From assembly GCF_018350175.1 (NCBI RefSeq), contig NC_058383.1, positions 124,001 through 188,000 on the forward strand: a DNA stretch of 64,000 bases. The letters are read 5' to 3'. Below the pieces are notes generated by a model. The model ran no database searches. It saw only the letters and a list, made by a program, of their open reading frames with translations, and was not told where the DNA came from. Numbering within the stretch: position 1 is the first letter of the stretch; every line of letters starts with the position of its first letter. Both the position numbers and the translations under genes were made by a program. Shown here one piece after another: positions 61,290 to 64,000 of the stretch. The stretch comes from Felis catus. Its lineage: Eukaryota.

Positions 61290-64000
61290 AAGATTGGGGT
61301 CTTTTGTGGTTCCATACAAATTTTAGGACTGTTCTAGTTCTGTGAAAAATGTTATTGGTATTTTGGTGGAAATTTCATTAATTGTGTCAATTGTTTTGGG
61401 AAGTATAGGCATTTTCACTATATTTGTACCTCTGATCCATGAGTATCCATTTCTTTGTGTCATCTTGAATTTCTTTCACCACTGTTTTATAGTTTTCAGA
61501 GTATAGGTCGCTCACCACTCTGGTTAGATTTATTCATAGATACCTTATTATTTGGTGTACAACTGTAAATGGGATGTTTTCTTCATTTTTCTTTCTACTG
61601 CTTCATTATTGTTGTTTAGAAATGCAACAGATTTCTGTACAATGATTTTGTATCCTGTGACATTGCTGAATTCATTTATCAGTTCTAGCAATTATTGGGT
61701 GGACTCTTTAGGGTTTTTTATATATAGTGTCATGTACTCTGCAAAGTGTGAAAGTTTCACTTCTTTCAGATTTGGGTTTGCTTTTATTTTATTTTATTTT
61801 ACTTTACTTTGTTTTGTTTTGTTTCTTTCATTTCGTTTCATTTATCTGCTGGCTGTGGCTTGGACTTCCAGTACTATGTTTATTAAAAGTGGTAAGAGTA
61901 AACATCCTTCTCTTCTTCTTGACCTTACAGGAAAAGCTCTCATATTTTCCCCATTAAGGTTGATTTTCACTGCAGGGTTTTCATAGAGAACTGTTATTAC
62001 ATTGATGTATGTTCCCTGTAAACCTATATTAGGGGGTTATAATCATGAATGGATGTTGTAGTGTGTCAAATACTTTTTTCTGCATGTATTGAAATGACCG
62101 TATTGTTCTTTTCTTTAAACGTTTATTAATTTTGAGAGAGACAGAGTGTGAGGAGGGGAGGGGCAGAAAGAGAATGGGAGACACAGAATTCGATGGAGGC
62201 TCTTGGCTCTGAGCTTTCAGCACGGAGTCCAATGCAGGACTTGAACTCACAAATCATGAGGTCATGACCTGAGCTGATGTCGGACCATTAAAAGATTGAG
62301 CCACCCAGGTGCCCAGATCGTATGGTTCTTATCCTTTCTCCTGTTGATGTATTGTATCGCATTGATTGTTTGCGAATATTGAACCACCCTTGCACCTTGG
62401 GAATAAATCCCATTTAATTGTGGGATATATTTACAGTTGTTATACCTTCTTTTTGGATTGTACCCTTTACTGTTATATAGTGTCCTCCTCTGTCTCGTTA
62501 TGTACTTTTTTTTAAGTGTATTTTTTCTGATACAAGTATTGCTACTCCAGCTTTTGTTTTTTCATCCATTCTTACACCCTACGTCTCTAGATTGGAGCAT
62601 TCATTCCCTTTACCTTCAAAGAAATGATTGATATGTATGTATGTATTGCCATTTTATTACCTGTTTTCTTGTGGTTTCTAATGATTTTCTCCGATCCTTT
62701 CTTGTCTTTCATGTTTTGCTTATTTTCTTTGGTGATACATTTGATTTCTTTATCTTTATTCTTAGCATATTTATGACTGGTTTTAGTATATGGTTACTGT
62801 TAGGTGTTTATATAACCTCTTCTGCATTTAGCAGTTGGTATTAAGTTGATGGTCATTTACCTTTGAACCCATTATTTTCTCCTCCCTGGGCTTTTGGTAG
62901 ATGTTATTATATTTCAAATCCATTTCTCTGAGTTCCTTAACTGATTTTTTACAGAAATATTCATGTTTTACTTGATTTGTGTCTTTTACCTTTATACTGT
63001 CACTTTTGGTCTCTCCTTTCCACTCAAAGAGACCCTCTTAATATTTCTTACAGGATTGGTTTAGTGGTACAACATCTTTAGTTTTTGTTTGGAAAGTCTG
63101 TGTCTCCTTCCATTCTGAAGGATAGCCTTGCTGGATAGAATATTGTTGGCTGCTGATTTTTCCATTCAGCACTTTGAATGTGTGATGTCACTACCTTCTG
63201 GCTTGCCAAGTTTCTGTTCAGAAATCTGTAGCTAGCCTTATGGGTCTTGCCTTCTAAGTTAAGGTCTCTTTTGTCTTGCTCCTCTTAAGAGTTTTTCTTT
63301 ATTGTCACTGTAATTTGCAAGTTTGCTTACAATATGTCTGGGTGTTGGCCTGATTTTGTTGATTTTTATGGGAGTTCTCTAGTCTCTGGGATGTGGATGT
63401 TTGTTTCCCTCCCCCAATTAGGGAAGTTTTCAGCTATTATTTCCTCAAATAAATCTTCTGCCCCCTTTTCTCTTTCTTCTGGGACTCCTACAATATGAAT
63501 ATTATTACGTTTGCTGTAGTCACTGAGTTCCCTTAGTCTCATCTCACGTTGCAGAATTCTTTTCTCTCTCTCTGATTAATTTCCATTACTCAGTCTTCGA
63601 GGTCACTGGTTTGTTCCTCTGCTTCTTCCATCCCTCTATTCGTTCCAGCAAGCATGTTTCTCCTTTATTGTGTCCTCAGTGTCTACTGTGTTATATCTTA
63701 TCTCTATGTTAGGGGTCTCACTCTTCTACTCATTTTGCAACTCCAATGAGTATCCTTATGATCATTGCTTTAAATTCTGTATCAGGTATATTACTTATAT
63801 CTCTTTGGCTTAGATCTCTGGCTGTGGCTTTGACTAGGTCTTTCATTGTGGATAAACATCTCAGTGTGTCCAGTATGTCTTCCCTCTGGCTCTATTTCTC
63901 TGTGTTAAGAAAGTCAGCTGTGCCTTCTGATCTTGAAATTAATGACTGTATGAAGAAGAGGTCCTGGAGTCCTCAGTAATGCGTGTCTCCATTTATAGGA
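61290..64000 (-). mobile_element. Degenerate L1 (paralog of 18402-21200), with SINE at 62110-62314
   Basis: Same EN-to-RT deletion junction at ~62425; ORF1 region lies toward the window end. Confidence 0.9.

Larger units (their letters stand above)
52128..64000 (-). repeat. Right arm of inverted segmental duplication (runs off the window end)
   Basis: Mirror image of 18402-29969. The ORF track shows paired peptides, e.g. 18472-18735(-) with 63746-63979(+), 23699-23956(+) with 58333-58575(-), and 24212-24469(+) with 57856-58083(-). Confidence 0.95.

Noticed and set aside
18402..64000. Haplotype or assembly duplication artefact, or a Y-type palindrome
   Set aside because: The arms differ by ~5-11% in sampled blocks and by whole SINE insertions, far beyond allelic or conversion-maintained palindrome divergence.

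Overview
Eukaryotic genomic DNA from a cat-family (felid) carnivore, inferred from the FA-SAT-type satellite, felid-type Can-SINEs and an L1_Fc-like LINE. It is repeat-rich and probably subtelomeric or pericentromeric. I found no intact protein-coding gene. Layout: (1) 1-10.7 kb is a degenerate TAACCC tract followed by ~21 diverged ~480-bp FA-SAT monomers with a visible B-A-B-A-C (~2.4 kb) higher-order pattern. (2) An orphan, disabled ACSM-family (ACSM1-like) exon lies ~0.5 kb from the satellite edge. (3) An L1/SINE/LTR mosaic at 18.4-30.0 kb recurs inverted at 52.1-64.0 kb, at ~89-95% identity in two blocks aligned by hand; the arms share L1 breakpoints and the right arm has two extra SINEs. 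(4) A 100-N scaffold gap at 29970-30069. (5) A younger 5'-truncated, frameshifted L1 at 31.2-35.7 kb. (6) A spacer containing a run of + strand splice-site-flanked mini-exon candidates that I could not assign to a gene. Most ORF-track entries are satellite, SINE or L1 (sense or antisense) frames. I cannot support a wholly new biological system. The strongest leads are the inverted duplication, the satellite higher-order structure, the ACSM fragment and the unassigned exon candidates.
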